Source: a virus
Length of the DNA stretch: 64,000 nt
Reading direction: 5' to 3' (one strand)
IMG/VR virus record: IMGVR_UViG_3300045988_148355
Location: 58,966-122,965 of that record
Shown here piece by piece: positions 36,387-46,395 of this stretch. The first letter of the stretch is position 1; each line of letters begins with the position of its first letter. The position numbers were made by a program, and so were the translations under genes. Under the pieces are notes generated by a model that was not told where the DNA came from, did not search any database, and saw only the letters and a program-made list of their open reading frames with translations.

Positions 36387-36983
36387 CTAATACATAATTT
36401 TTTCTTTAGTATTCCATCCTCCAATATAGTTTGTTGAATGTGTTTCTCCATCATATTCGATTAATTTTTTTACCATATTATCATCATCTAATATAGCAAA
36501 ATCAAATCTTAAATAACCATTTTTAGGAGATAATAAATCAGAAAAAACGTATTTTTTTTTATAACTAATATTATTTTTCTTAAGGATATTTTCTATAATG
36601 TACTCCCCTTGCGATTGTTTCAGGCAACCACAAGACATAGTAGTTTTTTGTTTTAAACTATTTGAAGATACTTCTGTAATTTTTCCACATTCACATTGGC
36701 ATTCCCAAATAATACCTCTTTCTTTAGTCCTTTTTCCGCTATCTTTTAAAACTGTTAATTTACCAAATTTCTAGCCCACTAAATTATTTGAAATTTTTTC
36801 TTTGCGTAAACACCCACAAGATTGAGTTAAACCAGAAACTAAGTTTGCTCTTTGTATACTTTTTATTGTACCACAAGAACATTGACAAATCCAATATTGT
36901 TGTTTGGATTTTCTTTCTGTATCTAATTTCAATACCGTTAATCTATTAAAAATTTGTCCTGTTAAATCTTTCATTAAATTCAT
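36387..36983 (-). CDS. putative homing endonuclease: tandem zinc-ribbon repeats (LTVL...WxCxCxCG...SCGC) plus a PD-(D/E)XK/DUF559-like domain (RFDFAI...IEYDGETH); one in-frame TAG
   Basis: Track ORFs 36771..36983 and 36387..36638 are in the same frame and joined via a TAG. The gap encodes a second copy of the zinc-ribbon motif. Confidence 0.5.
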
Positions 36984-37037
36984 CTCCTCTATTATTTTTA
37001 AATGAATAGGAGAGCATTTTAAGAAAAATTGTCCTTG

Positions 37038-38570
37038 TCAAAAAGCACTTTCTTCTTCAAGAGTAATTTTTATATCATCGATAGGAACAAGTTCATAAGC
37101 ATATGTAGTACAAAACATAGGAATAATTCTACAAGTTCCTAAATCTGCTTTACACCATAAAATAACTCCTTTATATCTACCGCGTCTATTTTTATAAATA
37201 GACATTTTAATAGTTGGAGTATCAAATAATTTTGTGTTTAGTATTTTTTCTAATGAAATTAAGTCATCGTCTTGAACATTTAAAAGAATTGAACCATAAT
37301 CTACTTTATCAGCTATGGATTTTGCTCCACGCAAAAGATTTTGGTCTGGGGTTTTAGAATCAACATAATCACCATTTAATTGAGTTGCTGACATAATAAA
37401 AACGCCATACTGATTACAAATATCTTTTAATTTGTTAGATAGCATAAAAAGTATATTATCTTCACGAAGTTTTACTCCACCGCTACGACGAGTAATTTCT
37501 TCAAGAATTTTCATACTTGTATGAATATAGTCATGAAATATATATTTTACATCATGGTCGCGAATGCCTTTTTTGATTTCATTTTCGACATCCTGCAATG
37601 AAAAATCAGGTAATTCACGAATATACAATGGACTATCTTTAAGAATTTTCGCAGCTTCTATTACTCGTTCTTTTTCATTTCCTTGATATTCATTATAAAT
37701 AATATGTTCTTCATTCACATTAGAAAGAAAAGCAAGCATCATTGTTTGAATTTCATTTTTATCTTGCTCTGTAGTTATATACAATACTGGTTCTTGAATT
37801 CCGTTTTTAATCCAACTTCCAAAAGTATCATCATATATTTTATTACAAGCAATATAGCACGAATCCGCAATCATAGAACGAGTTTTACCTACACCGGTGG
37901 CCGCGGAGCGCAAGTAAAACTTTTTAAGTCTTGCGCCACGAGTAACTGTATTAATTAATGGCCCATATAGAGGACTTCCTGCTATTGGATGTTGCTCTAA
38001 ATCGTCAAGTAATTCAAAAATTCCATCACCTGCTTGAACAGCAACTCCCTCAACGTCATTTACATACTCATATTTAATTTGTTCTACGCGGTCATCAATT
38101 AATTGTGCGATATGTTCTAATGAAGAATTATCAAGATTATCTTCTTGTAATTGTTTTTTTTCAGTATCTAAAATATTATCAGGGTCATAAATAAAAGAAA
38201 CATCAATGCCATATCTATCATAAGCACGAAGTAGAGACATTTTTTTTAAACGACCATAATAATAATCAAATGATAAAGGTTTCGCATTCTCAGAAACTTT
38301 TAATAGCCATTCTTCACCTTTATTGACTTTAAATGTAGCTTCATATTTAGGTCGAGAAGAAAGAAAATCACTAATATTTTCTAAAGTAATTTTCTAAGCT
38401 CCTAATTCATGAATTTTATATATTGCTCCAAAAACAATTCTATGAAATTCATCAGCAAAATCTTCGTCAGTTATTGTATATCTATCAGTAAAATCCAAAA
38501 GCTAAGGAGTATTATATACACACCCTATAACTTGTGTAATTGCTGTTGGATCTACATACTTACTCGGCAT
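37038..38570 (-). CDS. dnaB: replicative DNA helicase (DnaB/T4 gp41 family), ~510 codons, two in-frame TAGs in the N-terminal domain
   Basis: Walker A SAATGVGKTRSM and the IFHDYI and SATQLNG motifs. The track ORF extends upstream through TAGs to an ATG with RBS ggagg. Confidence 0.8.
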
Positions 38571-38580
38571 TTAACTCCTC

Positions 38581-39128
38581 CTATTCATCTAAAAATGTAA
38601 AAACTGATCTTTTTCGAGGTTCTTTTTTAGGAATAGGAATTTTTATTTCCTTTAATTTAGGAACGTAATCAATAATATTTTTATCTTTATTGGATTGTTG
38701 AATCATCCAAAGATTATAATAATAATTGTAAGCGTCTTTATAAATAAAGGGTATAATACCAATTCCACCATTAGCTTTATTTTTATTATTTCCTTTAACC
38801 TCATAAAAATAAACTAAGGCTTTTAACATTCCAGAATATGTATATTGATATTCTTTAATATAGTCATTCATTTGCTTGCGGACGCGAGCGTTAATATATG
38901 ATTCTCCTAATAAATTTTTTACATATTCTTCAAATTTTTCTTTATCTAAATCTTCTTTTGTCTTTACTTTTTCAGGTGGATTATGAACTTGTAAAGGAGT
39001 GTCTTCATTTTCAGCCTATTTAGCACATTCAGGGTGCGCATATCTTCGAGATTTTATTTGAACATAAGGAAACTTATCTCTATCAAAAGTTTGCTGACAA
39101 TAAATACATTTAACTTTATGTATATAAA
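38581..39128 (-). CDS. hypothetical protein with an N-terminal CxxC...HPEC zinc finger; start codon uncertain (no in-frame ATG near the RBS; possible ATA/ATT start)
   Basis: Track ORF 38581..38871 extends upstream through one TAG to a TAA at ~39131. RBS aaaggag is present. Confidence 0.3.
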
Positions 39129-39185
39129 TTACTCCTTTCCATTACTTTATATAAATATTATATAATATTTTTAAATAAAAGTCAA

Positions 39186-39211
39186 ACCGGAGCGACTTTT
39201 ATCACTCCGGT
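39186..39211 (-). terminator. hairpin terminator downstream of the Sak4-like gene
   Basis: Stem ccggag...ctccgg followed by a T-rich run on the - strand. Confidence 0.4.
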
Positions 39212-39228
39212 TATAAATTATATTTTAT

Positions 39229-40224
39229 TTACTTACTTTCCATTTGAGGAAGAAGATCATCTTTAATTTCGCCAACAATTAAAGATACAAATTCTGCCTG
39301 TTCAGGAGTGGCGTCAGAAATTTTCTTACCTTTACCCAAATATTTATCAATAATTTGAGTGATACGAGGACCAAAGAATCCAGGATTCTTATTCATCATA
39401 TCTCCAGCAAGATTTTGGAATTCGGCCATAAGTGCTTCATAATCATAAGTAGGAGCTTCAGGGGCAACAACCATCTTTTCATCAGTGACAAATTTACCAC
39501 CATTGTCAGCAGCTTCCTTGTCAATAGCCTCATGGATGGCGTTAATAAGACTATCATAATTCATAGGAATTTCACTCTCAATATACTTAAAACGACCGCC
39601 ACAGTCAATGAGATCATTACCAGAACGAAGAGTTAGAACAGACATTTGACCTGCCGCTTTTTGATGTGCATATCCATAAACATCAGCCATACCGGTAATA
39701 ATAGTACGAGTGGATTGAGAAAGATTTGGTCTTACTGCTACAACCTCAGTACCATCAGGGCGAGTTACAGTTTGTTCTTTTTCATGTCCAATAAAGAAAA
39801 CGGCATAACCAAGACGAGTTAAACCTCTAAAAACTTCATTAAATTCATCTTTGAACTTAGACCAACCCTTACCATAACCAAGGTCTCCAAGAGATTCAAT
39901 CTGATTTTGATTACAGATATATTTCTCACAATACTTAGCAGCTTCATCAATAGTATCTACAATAATAGCATTATACATTGCCTTTACTTCTGGACGCTTC
40001 AAATCACGATAGACTTGCTTCATTTCTGCCCAAGAAGTAATATCCGCGGCCATAACACCAGGAAGGCAGTTATAACCTTGTTCAAAAGCTAAAAGCAAAG
40101 AATTCGGCATTTGAGTTGCTAAAGTAGTCTTGCCGGTCTTAGGCTTGCCATAAATAAAAGTAATATAACCAGAAAGATCTTTACTTACCTTATGAGGTTG
40201 AATTTTAGTTAAATCAATAGGCAT
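39229..40224 (-). CDS. AAA_24-family RecA-like ATPase (Sak4-like phage recombination protein)
   Basis: Walker A ITFIYGKPKTGKTTLA. Walker B at IIVDTIDE. GC content is higher than in flanking genes. Confidence 0.55.
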   Translation of the reverse strand: MPIDLTKIQPHKVSKDLSGYITFIYGKPKTGKTTLATQMPNSLLLAFEQGYNCLPGVMAADITSWAEMKQVYRDLKRPEVKAMYNAIIVDTIDEAAKYCEKYICNQNQIESLGDLGYGKGWSKFKDEFNEVFRGLTRLGYAVFFIGHEKEQTVTRPDGTEVVAVRPNLSQSTRTIITGMADVYGYAHQKAAGQMSVLTLRSGNDLIDCGGRFKYIESEIPMNYDSLINAIHEAIDKEAADNGGKFVTDEKMVVAPEAPTYDYEALMAEFQNLAGDMMNKNPGFFGPRITQIIDKYLGKGKKISDATPEQAEFVSLIVGEIKDDLLPQMESK

Positions 40225-40320
40225 TATGTTATTTCTCCTTATTTGTTTTAATTATTATCTCTTTAAGTATTTCTTCTAAATTTAGTATATTACAAAAATC
40301 ATCATATAAATTAACTTTAG

Positions 40321-40351
40321 CGCGATGACCTCTTATTGAGAGGTCATCGCT
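40321..40351 (-). terminator. rho-independent terminator (12-bp stem)
   Basis: Inverted repeat gcgatgacctct-tatt-gagaggtcatcgc. Confidence 0.5.
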
Positions 40352-40371
40352 ATTTAATGGCTAATTCATGA

Positions 40372-41319
40372 TTAGAATTTAAAACCTTCTGTAGCAGTGG
40401 ATGCGACAGTAGTAGCAGTAGTAGCATTCTGCTTAGAAGCTTTATATTCATCTTGACGCTGCTTCAAAGTAGCAAGGTAAGTCTCACGTGCGGCCATAGC
40501 TTCAGTAAGCTCTTTTGCAGTAATAGAACTTTCATCATCCCAAACATAAGGCTCCTTGGCACCACCGGTAATGACAAAATCCTTACGAGTACTCTGAACC
40601 TCACGAACATTATCGTCACCGAACGCAGATTCTTCACGAATCTCGCGCTTAATTACTTCAGATACCTGACGACCCCAAAGCTTTGTAAATACAGGCTCAG
40701 AAGGAGAGGCTCCAAGACCTTCGTAATAAGCCATAGCTCCAGGATTAGTAGCTGTAAACTCAACAGGAAGCAAAGACTTGCGGAAATCAAAAATTGCTCC
40801 CTTAACAATTACCTTTTCAGGAACATTATGCTCTTCATCAGCATCAATATGAGTTACATTAGTGATAATCATATCACACTTAAAAGTATTGCGCTGTTTT
40901 TCATCATCAATAAGAGTGGTAGTAGTATGAACAAATCCGCCCTCATTGCGCTTAGTGCTTACAAGCTCTTCCTTACCATTACGGTCAGAATAAAATTCAT
41001 TAAGACCAATCGCGGAATCAACACGAAGCTTAGCAGCTTTATCTTCTCCATCAGCCATATAATTACCAATTGTACCATCAATAATATTCTGAAGAATACT
41101 ATATGTAGCATTGGGAGTACCCTTGGTAGTGGTTTGAGTTACATAAGTAAAGTGAACCTGGACGATATTAGTAAGAGCATTATCAGTAGCAATACTAATA
41201 GTACCAGAAATAAAAGGAGTGCCGGGATTCTTAGAATTTGGTCCGGTTACCTTATTTTCCAAAGCATGTTCGTACAAGATACCTTCAATATGAGTAGCAT
41301 TTTCCATTACTTTCTTCAT
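40372..41319 (-). CDS. hypothetical protein, possibly an abundant DNA-binding/SSB-like partner of Sak4; GC-rich codon usage
   Basis: Track ORF. Function assigned from position only. Confidence 0.3.
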   Translation of the reverse strand: MKKVMENATHIEGILYEHALENKVTGPNSKNPGTPFISGTISIATDNALTNIVQVHFTYVTQTTTKGTPNATYSILQNIIDGTIGNYMADGEDKAAKLRVDSAIGLNEFYSDRNGKEELVSTKRNEGGFVHTTTTLIDDEKQRNTFKCDMIITNVTHIDADEEHNVPEKVIVKGAIFDFRKSLLPVEFTATNPGAMAYYEGLGASPSEPVFTKLWGRQVSEVIKREIREESAFGDDNVREVQSTRKDFVITGGAKEPYVWDDESSITAKELTEAMAARETYLATLKQRQDEYKASKQNATTATTVASTATEGFKF

Positions 41320-41333
41320 AAATAAATTTCTCC

Positions 41334-41711
41334 TTAATTAAATAAATTCAATAAATTAATATTTTTTCCTTTTTCTGTTAAAGTATAAATAATTGGATCT
41401 TGACTAACTTTTTCTACGAAACCATCAGATACTAATTTGCGCATGGAACCCGCAACTCCACGGCTAGACACACCGAGATATTCGGCAATTTCTCTTGATT
41501 TAACAAGAGGAATATCTTTATTATTATCTTGCATCCATTTAATAATGGCTTTTCCGCCCTCAGTAAATAGAGGCTTTTCAGTTTCTTCTTTAGCTTTTAA
41601 CGCTTCCCAATAGATACGAGCATCTTCACTCATTACTACTGGATAGCGATTTTCATTAGTGGCAACAATTAATTCTTCAACATAATCAATAAATGCTTGT
41701 TTCTTACTCAT
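41334..41711 (-). CDS. winged-helix DNA-binding protein (putative transcriptional regulator)
   Basis: HTH-like segment REIAEYLGVSSRGVAGSMRKLVSDGFVEK. Confidence 0.4.
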   Translation of the reverse strand: MSKKQAFIDYVEELIVATNENRYPVVMSEDARIYWEALKAKEETEKPLFTEGGKAIIKWMQDNNKDIPLVKSREIAEYLGVSSRGVAGSMRKLVSDGFVEKVSQDPIIYTLTEKGKNINLLNLFN

Positions 41712-41872
41712 TTTAAAAAGTTTATAACCTTTCTTTATCTTATATAAATATTATATAATATTTATTTAGAAAAATCAAGTTATGATTAATTTACCAATAG
41801 TTCTTCCGCATAAGGAAGAGTTTCAATCCATCTACAGAATTCTCTCCATTCGGGAAGACGATGGTTTTTTCT

Positions 41873-42448
41873 CTAAATATATATGTTTCTTAAACATCTA
41901 TAATTAGTAGTTAATCTTGCGGTAAGCAAAAATCCAGCGGGATTAGAATATAGAATTTCAAGATATTTTTCTTTTCTAATTTCCTCTAACTGCTCAAGCA
42001 TTTTAATTTTCTCATTTTTATTTTCAGTTTCACAATGCTTAATTCTATCAATAATACTTAAAAGTTTATTATAAATATCAACTTTCTCACGCATTATTTC
42101 AATGATTCTTGAATCAACATATTCATTATATTGTTCATTTAAATCAAATTTAGTAATGCAATGCATTGTGGATTGTGAAGATACAAATTCAAGGAATCTA
42201 TATCTTTCTGCTTCGACCCAAGCCTTATTGGAAAAAGTTAAATCAAAATTAACTCTAATACCAGTTAAAAATTGAGCATGAGCCATATTGCCACTTTTTG
42301 TGGCAGATACAAGATTCTAACATCTTGTCATATCTTTATCATTAATTGGATGTTGCTCAGTATCCGTTCTCATTGGATATCCAGAAGCAACCATACTTTC
42401 TGGCAAGTCATAGACTCTCACATTACTGACGATTTTATTATTTTTCAT
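41873..42448 (-). CDS. hypothetical protein (191 aa, one TAG)
   Basis: Track ORF 41873..42286 extends upstream through a TAG to an ATG overlapping the upstream gene's stop. Confidence 0.3.
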
Positions 42449-42450
42449 AA

Positions 42451-42729
42451 TCAATCCTCATTACTTAAAGTATATCCACTTAGATTGTGCCCAAGAGAAC
42501 GAACAAAACAATCAAGTTCATCAATAAATACCATACTGCCTTTTGGATAATTTCCATTTATATAGTCATGATATGAAATAAAATTAATTCCAGAAATTCC
42601 GTATCCTTCTGACTTAATTCTCATAGCATTAGGATTAGAACAAGCAATAATAGCATTTTTCTCTTTAGCTAACAGTATTAATCTACTCGTTTTTCCTGTT
42701 CCACGTTTATCAATTATTCTATACATCAT
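42451..42729 (-). CDS. small P-loop NTPase-like protein
   Basis: Motif DKRGTGKTSRL. Confidence 0.3.
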   Translation of the reverse strand: MMYRIIDKRGTGKTSRLILLAKEKNAIIACSNPNAMRIKSEGYGISGINFISYHDYINGNYPKGSMVFIDELDCFVRSLGHNLSGYTLSNED

Positions 42730-43151
42730 TTTATACTATACCCGAATTCCTTAGCTTTAAAATAGTCTTGCCAATAATCTTCTCGCGCATCTAACTCTTC
42801 ACGAGAGCATTCTTCTATTACTTCAAAACTAAAATTTTCTACTCCAATAGCTAACATAGCAGGATAAAGTTTATTGCGAGTGGCGGGTTCTGCACCAATT
42901 CCGCGTTTAATATGTTGTTTCCAACGTGCAGAAAGATCAACTGCTTGACCCACATAACACATTTGATTTTCTAAATTAGTAATTTTATAAATTCCTGTGT
43001 GGATTCCAGAGCCAATTACTCGACCAATTAAATCTGTAGTTGGTTTTTCATAATAACTTTTCCAAATTACTTTATTTAAAATATCTTTATCACGAAGTTT
43101 CGGCTCAATAGAGCGAAGAAGACTGATTTCATCAATATCTATTTGAGGCAA
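42726..43151 (-). CDS. GIY-YIG nuclease domain protein (GIYKITNLENQMCYVGQA...RWKQH); in frame with the upstream coiled-coil ORF across TAG 43152
   Basis: GIY-YIG motifs. TTG start immediately after the TAG. Confidence 0.55.
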   Translation of the reverse strand: MPQIDIDEISLLRSIEPKLRDKDILNKVIWKSYYEKPTTDLIGRVIGSGIHTGIYKITNLENQMCYVGQAVDLSARWKQHIKRGIGAEPATRNKLYPAMLAIGVENFSFEVIEECSREELDAREDYWQDYFKAKEFGYSIK

Positions 43152-43739
43152 CTATAATTTATAGAAATCAGCTTGGTTTTTAATTTCTTCGGCACGTTTC
43201 GCAGCATCAACTGCGGCCGCGACTTCTCTACTATGTAATTGGATTTCTTCATCTAATTTATTTAATTCTTCTTTTTTAGAATCAATTAAATTAGATAATT
43301 CTAAAGAACAATCAACAAGAGTTGATTGATATTCATTTTCATATTCTTCTTTAGCTTTTGTATATTTAAATTCTTGTTTATTTAAATCATATTCAAGACG
43401 AACACGAGCATTTTCCATTGATTGCTGATAGAAAATATCCGCTGATTGCTTTGCTTGATTCTATAAAGAATTTAAACTATTTTCAACTTCGTCTCTTTTG
43501 GACTAAAGAATATTTAAATTATTTTCTACTTCTTCTTTTCTGGAAGTAATACTTTTTACTGCCGTTGATAATATTGTATACTAATCATCTAAATCTGAAT
43601 TTTTATATTCAAGTTCTTTATTTTGTTTTATTATTTCTTCATTAAGCTTTTGAATATTATTTAGTCGTGGACGTAAAATAAAATATATTAAAAATCCACC
43701 AATAATAAACGCCAGTATAGCAATTATTAAAGTAAGCAT
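43152..43739 (-). CDS. membrane-anchored coiled-coil protein (N-terminal TM helix MLTLIIAILAFIIGGFLIYFIL) ending at TAG 43152, in frame with the downstream GIY-YIG domain
   Basis: Track ORF 43152..43418 extends upstream through three TAGs to an ATG at ~43737. No TAA/TGA until the end of the GIY-YIG ORF. Confidence 0.4.
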
Positions 43740-43752
43740 AAATATTTAAAAA

Positions 43753-43783
43753 AGAAGGGGCAGATATTAAATATCTACCCCTT
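43753..43783. terminator. hairpin terminator
   Basis: Inverted repeat aaggggcagatatt / aatatctacccctt. Confidence 0.45.
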
Positions 43784-43798
43784 AATAATTTATATTAA

Positions 43799-44068
43799 TT
43801 ACTCCGCGTCAGGAGCGTCGGGATCAAAGCTCATGCCAGCGGGAGTGAGAGAGAGGAACTTGACCTGCTTATGAGTACCATCCTCAAGCTCAACCTCAGC
43901 GGGAGTGCGAAGACCGAGACCCTTGCGCTGAATAGCACTGGTAAAGATACCATCAACAGAACGCTTCTCGAGACCGAGAGCCTCAGCAACATCAGCAGCG
44001 GTAACTTCCTGACCGTTAACTTCCTTCAAATAATTAAGAACCTTCTTAGAATTTTCCTTCATAGCCAT
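43799..44068 (-). CDS. small winged-helix DNA-binding protein; strongly GC-rich relative to neighbours
   Basis: HTH-like segment EVTAADVAEALGLEKRSVDGIFTS. RBS aaaggag. Driven by a consensus promoter. Confidence 0.5.
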   Translation of the reverse strand: MAMKENSKKVLNYLKEVNGQEVTAADVAEALGLEKRSVDGIFTSAIQRKGLGLRTPAEVELEDGTHKQVKFLSLTPAGMSFDPDAPDAE

Positions 44069-44141
44069 AATAATAATAATCTCCTTTAAATAATTAAATA
44101 TTTTTTTTATTTTTTTCTTTTAACCTTTAGGTTATGTAAAT

Positions 44142-44170
44142 ATTATAGTAAAAAATTTTTTATTTGTCAA
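44142..44170 (-). promoter_or_regulatory. consensus sigma70 promoter (TTGACA-17-TATAAT)
   Basis: On the - strand: TTGACA, 17-nt spacer aataaaaaattttttac, then TATAAT, upstream of the 43799..44068 gene. Confidence 0.55.
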
Positions 44171-44360
44171 GAATTTTTCCAAGAATTTCTTGAACCATTT
44201 CATCAATGGTTGTAATATCATCAAGACTGTGAACATGGCTCGAAAGTTCCATAATTTGATTCTGGGCTTTATGAACAGCTTGCGGGTCTTCACTTGTCTG
44301 AACGACTAATTCTGCATTAGCAATTTTTTTTGCGAGATTCTTGAGTTCTTTTGTTTTCAT
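44160..44360 (-). CDS. hypothetical protein (66 aa)
   Basis: Track ORF preceded by a near-consensus promoter. Confidence 0.35.
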   Translation of the reverse strand: MKTKELKNLAKKIANAELVVQTSEDPQAVHKAQNQIMELSSHVHSLDDITTIDEMVQEILGKILDK

Positions 44361-44393
44361 TTAAAAATTTTCTTCCTTAATTTTTACAAGTTT

Positions 44394-44422
44394 ATTTTAC
44401 AAAAAATTTTTTTATTTGTCAA
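44394..44422 (-). promoter_or_regulatory. near-consensus sigma70 promoter (TTGACA-17-TAAAAT), a repeat of the promoter at 44142
   Basis: The same aataaaaaaatttttt spacer is repeated. Confidence 0.5.
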
Positions 44423-44472
44423 AACATTCCGCCAAAGTGCAGTCGGTAATGTTCTTATCATCGCGAAATCCT

Positions 44473-45039
44473 TTAAATTAAATAAACTGATGATTGAGGA
44501 ACCAAATCTTCTAATTGTATTTTATCAATAACTGTATAAGGAATTCTGATAATTGGAATATTATTTATCTTACAATAATTATTCCTCATTTTATCTCGTT
44601 CTTTCGTTTTTAAAAAATTATCTCTATTGTTCCAGCCTGTTTTATCATATGAAAAATGCTATCTACCATCAAATTCAATAATATATTTATCATTAACATA
44701 TAAATCAAATTTAATTGGTTTTTTACTTTCTTCATAATAAAAATCATCAAAAGATTTCTCTGAAATATAAGAAATATTATTTTCTTCTAAAATCTTTTTT
44801 ATTTTTGTAATACCTTGAGAATCATGAGAACACAATCCACAACTTTTAGTATTTCCACTTTTAAGGCTAGATCCTCTAATATATTTTAAATTGCCACACT
44901 CACACTAACACAACCAAGTATAACATCCATGATTATCTAATGGGCCCACATCTAAAACAGTTAATTTATCAAAAACTTGATTCCTTAAATCTAATCTTAA
45001 TTTAGTCCCTAATTTTTGAGACTATTTTTTCTTTTCCAT
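44473..45039 (-). CDS. putative homing endonuclease (zinc-ribbon LTVL...WLCQCECG...SCG plus a PD-(D/E)XK/DUF559-like domain FDLYV...IEFDGRQH); three in-frame TAGs
   Basis: Paralog of 36387..36983. Missed by the ORF track because of the TAGs. Confidence 0.5.
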
Positions 45040-45056
45040 AAATAACTACCTTCTTT

Positions 45057-45084
45057 CTCCATAAATATTTAAATATTTATGGAG
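45057..45084 (-). terminator. palindromic hairpin terminator downstream of the ligase
   Basis: Perfect palindrome ctccataaatattt / aaatatttatggag. Confidence 0.45.
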
Positions 45085-45089
45085 AAAAA

Positions 45090-46304
45090 TTAGTTAAAAA
45101 TGTCCTTAATAGTACAATCTTTAGAATTTTTATCATCTCTAAAAGACTTAAAAAAGCCATGTCTTAAAGTATGCTCTTCATTATTACGTTGCATACATTG
45201 TATGGCAACTACTCGATTAAGGTATTTTTCAGGTTCTTTAGCAAAAGCTTCTTTAAGTTCATCAGTTAATCCAGAGGATACCGTTCCGATTTCAATAAGA
45301 TTTCCTTTATCATCATAGGCGCCTAACTTCATAGATGTCTTCCATCCATAATAATAGCCTTTGGTAACTGGCATATAGTATCTTTCATCATCGTTTATTA
45401 GTTGAGACCTACAATTTGTATTATTACAATTTTGAGTATACTTATAATAATAATTACCACTTAACAATTTAGGATTAATCCAACCAGCAAAACAATGGTC
45501 TTCTTCAAAGCAATCATAAAAACTTGGTTCTTTTACTTCCCAATACTGCCAGCTTTGAATTTCTTTACCATCATAATATTTAGTTGCCTCTTCAAATCCA
45601 ATACAAATACAATCAACATAGTCCATTTTTTTAATTTTAATAGAAGACCATGCCGGTCGCTTATCTGGAACATACGGAGCATCTTTTTTCTTTAAAACGG
45701 CGCCTTCTTCACCCGCAGTAAGAGCGGCCGCAGTAAATTCTTGAATATTATCAAGAACCGCATCCGCCAGTTCCATATAAGAATATTGGCTTAAATTAAA
45801 TTTATCCCAAATAGCTTTTAATACCTGATAACGTGTCCAAGCACCCTCATTTTGAATATTAATTCCATTATATTTAATAACATCATGTAAATAATAATGG
45901 ATTAATCCACTGGACTGCTGACGTTTAATCGCTTCAGGTGCTAAACATCCCATAATTTTAGTCACATCTTTAGAAGTTTTACCTGGATAATAAATTTCAC
46001 CTATTAAAATAGTGCCGGAAGGTAAATCTTTGAGTGCTTCATGAATATGAGGGACATTTGCTAACTTTTCAGTTAAAATACCAGTATTTGCACTTATATT
46101 ACGACTAAATAAATAATCATAATGTTCTGTCTTTTCATACTGATACCAATATCCATCTTTCTTTAATTCAGCAAAATATTCACCGCCATTACAAACAACG
46201 GGGAAAAGACTCTCTTTACCATCAGGCAATTTCCAAATCTTCATCGCTTGGATACAATCTGCTTCTGGAGCATACTTATCAAGCAATTCTTTAGAGAAAC
46301 TCAT
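45090..46304 (-). CDS. ATP-dependent DNA ligase (a nucleotidyltransferase-family RNA ligase cannot be fully excluded)
   Basis: Motif I AELKKDG. Motif IV EGAVLKKKD. Motif V WSSIKIKK. Confidence 0.65.
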   Translation of the reverse strand: MSFSKELLDKYAPEADCIQAMKIWKLPDGKESLFPVVCNGGEYFAELKKDGYWYQYEKTEHYDYLFSRNISANTGILTEKLANVPHIHEALKDLPSGTILIGEIYYPGKTSKDVTKIMGCLAPEAIKRQQSSGLIHYYLHDVIKYNGINIQNEGAWTRYQVLKAIWDKFNLSQYSYMELADAVLDNIQEFTAAALTAGEEGAVLKKKDAPYVPDKRPAWSSIKIKKMDYVDCICIGFEEATKYYDGKEIQSWQYWEVKEPSFYDCFEEDHCFAGWINPKLLSGNYYYKYTQNCNNTNCRSQLINDDERYYMPVTKGYYYGWKTSMKLGAYDDKGNLIEIGTVSSGLTDELKEAFAKEPEKYLNRVVAIQCMQRNNEEHTLRHGFFKSFRDDKNSKDCTIKDIFN

Positions 46305-46333
46305 TGATTTATTTCCGTCCTATCTTTAAATAT

Positions 46334-46386
46334 ATTATAGAAAAATTTTTTAAAAAAATCAAGTAAAGGAGGATACAATCCTCCTT
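46334..46386 (-). promoter_or_regulatory. terminator hairpin (aaaggaggatacaatcctccttt) followed by a promoter (ttgatt-17-TATAAT) upstream of the ligase
   Basis: Intergenic region between the gyrA-like stop and the ligase start. Confidence 0.4.
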
Positions 46387-46395
46387 TATAAGATT

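Noticed and set aside
40453-41325. 290-aa + strand ORF antisense to the 40372..41319 gene. The same applies to + ORFs 59295..60449 (384 aa, antisense to flotillin), 46472..46996, 17408..17734 and 37683..37958.
   Set aside because: They sit antisense within better-supported - strand genes. Their products are low-complexity, Leu/Ser/Ile-rich and lack an RBS. These are typical shadow ORFs in GC-richer or compositionally biased genes.
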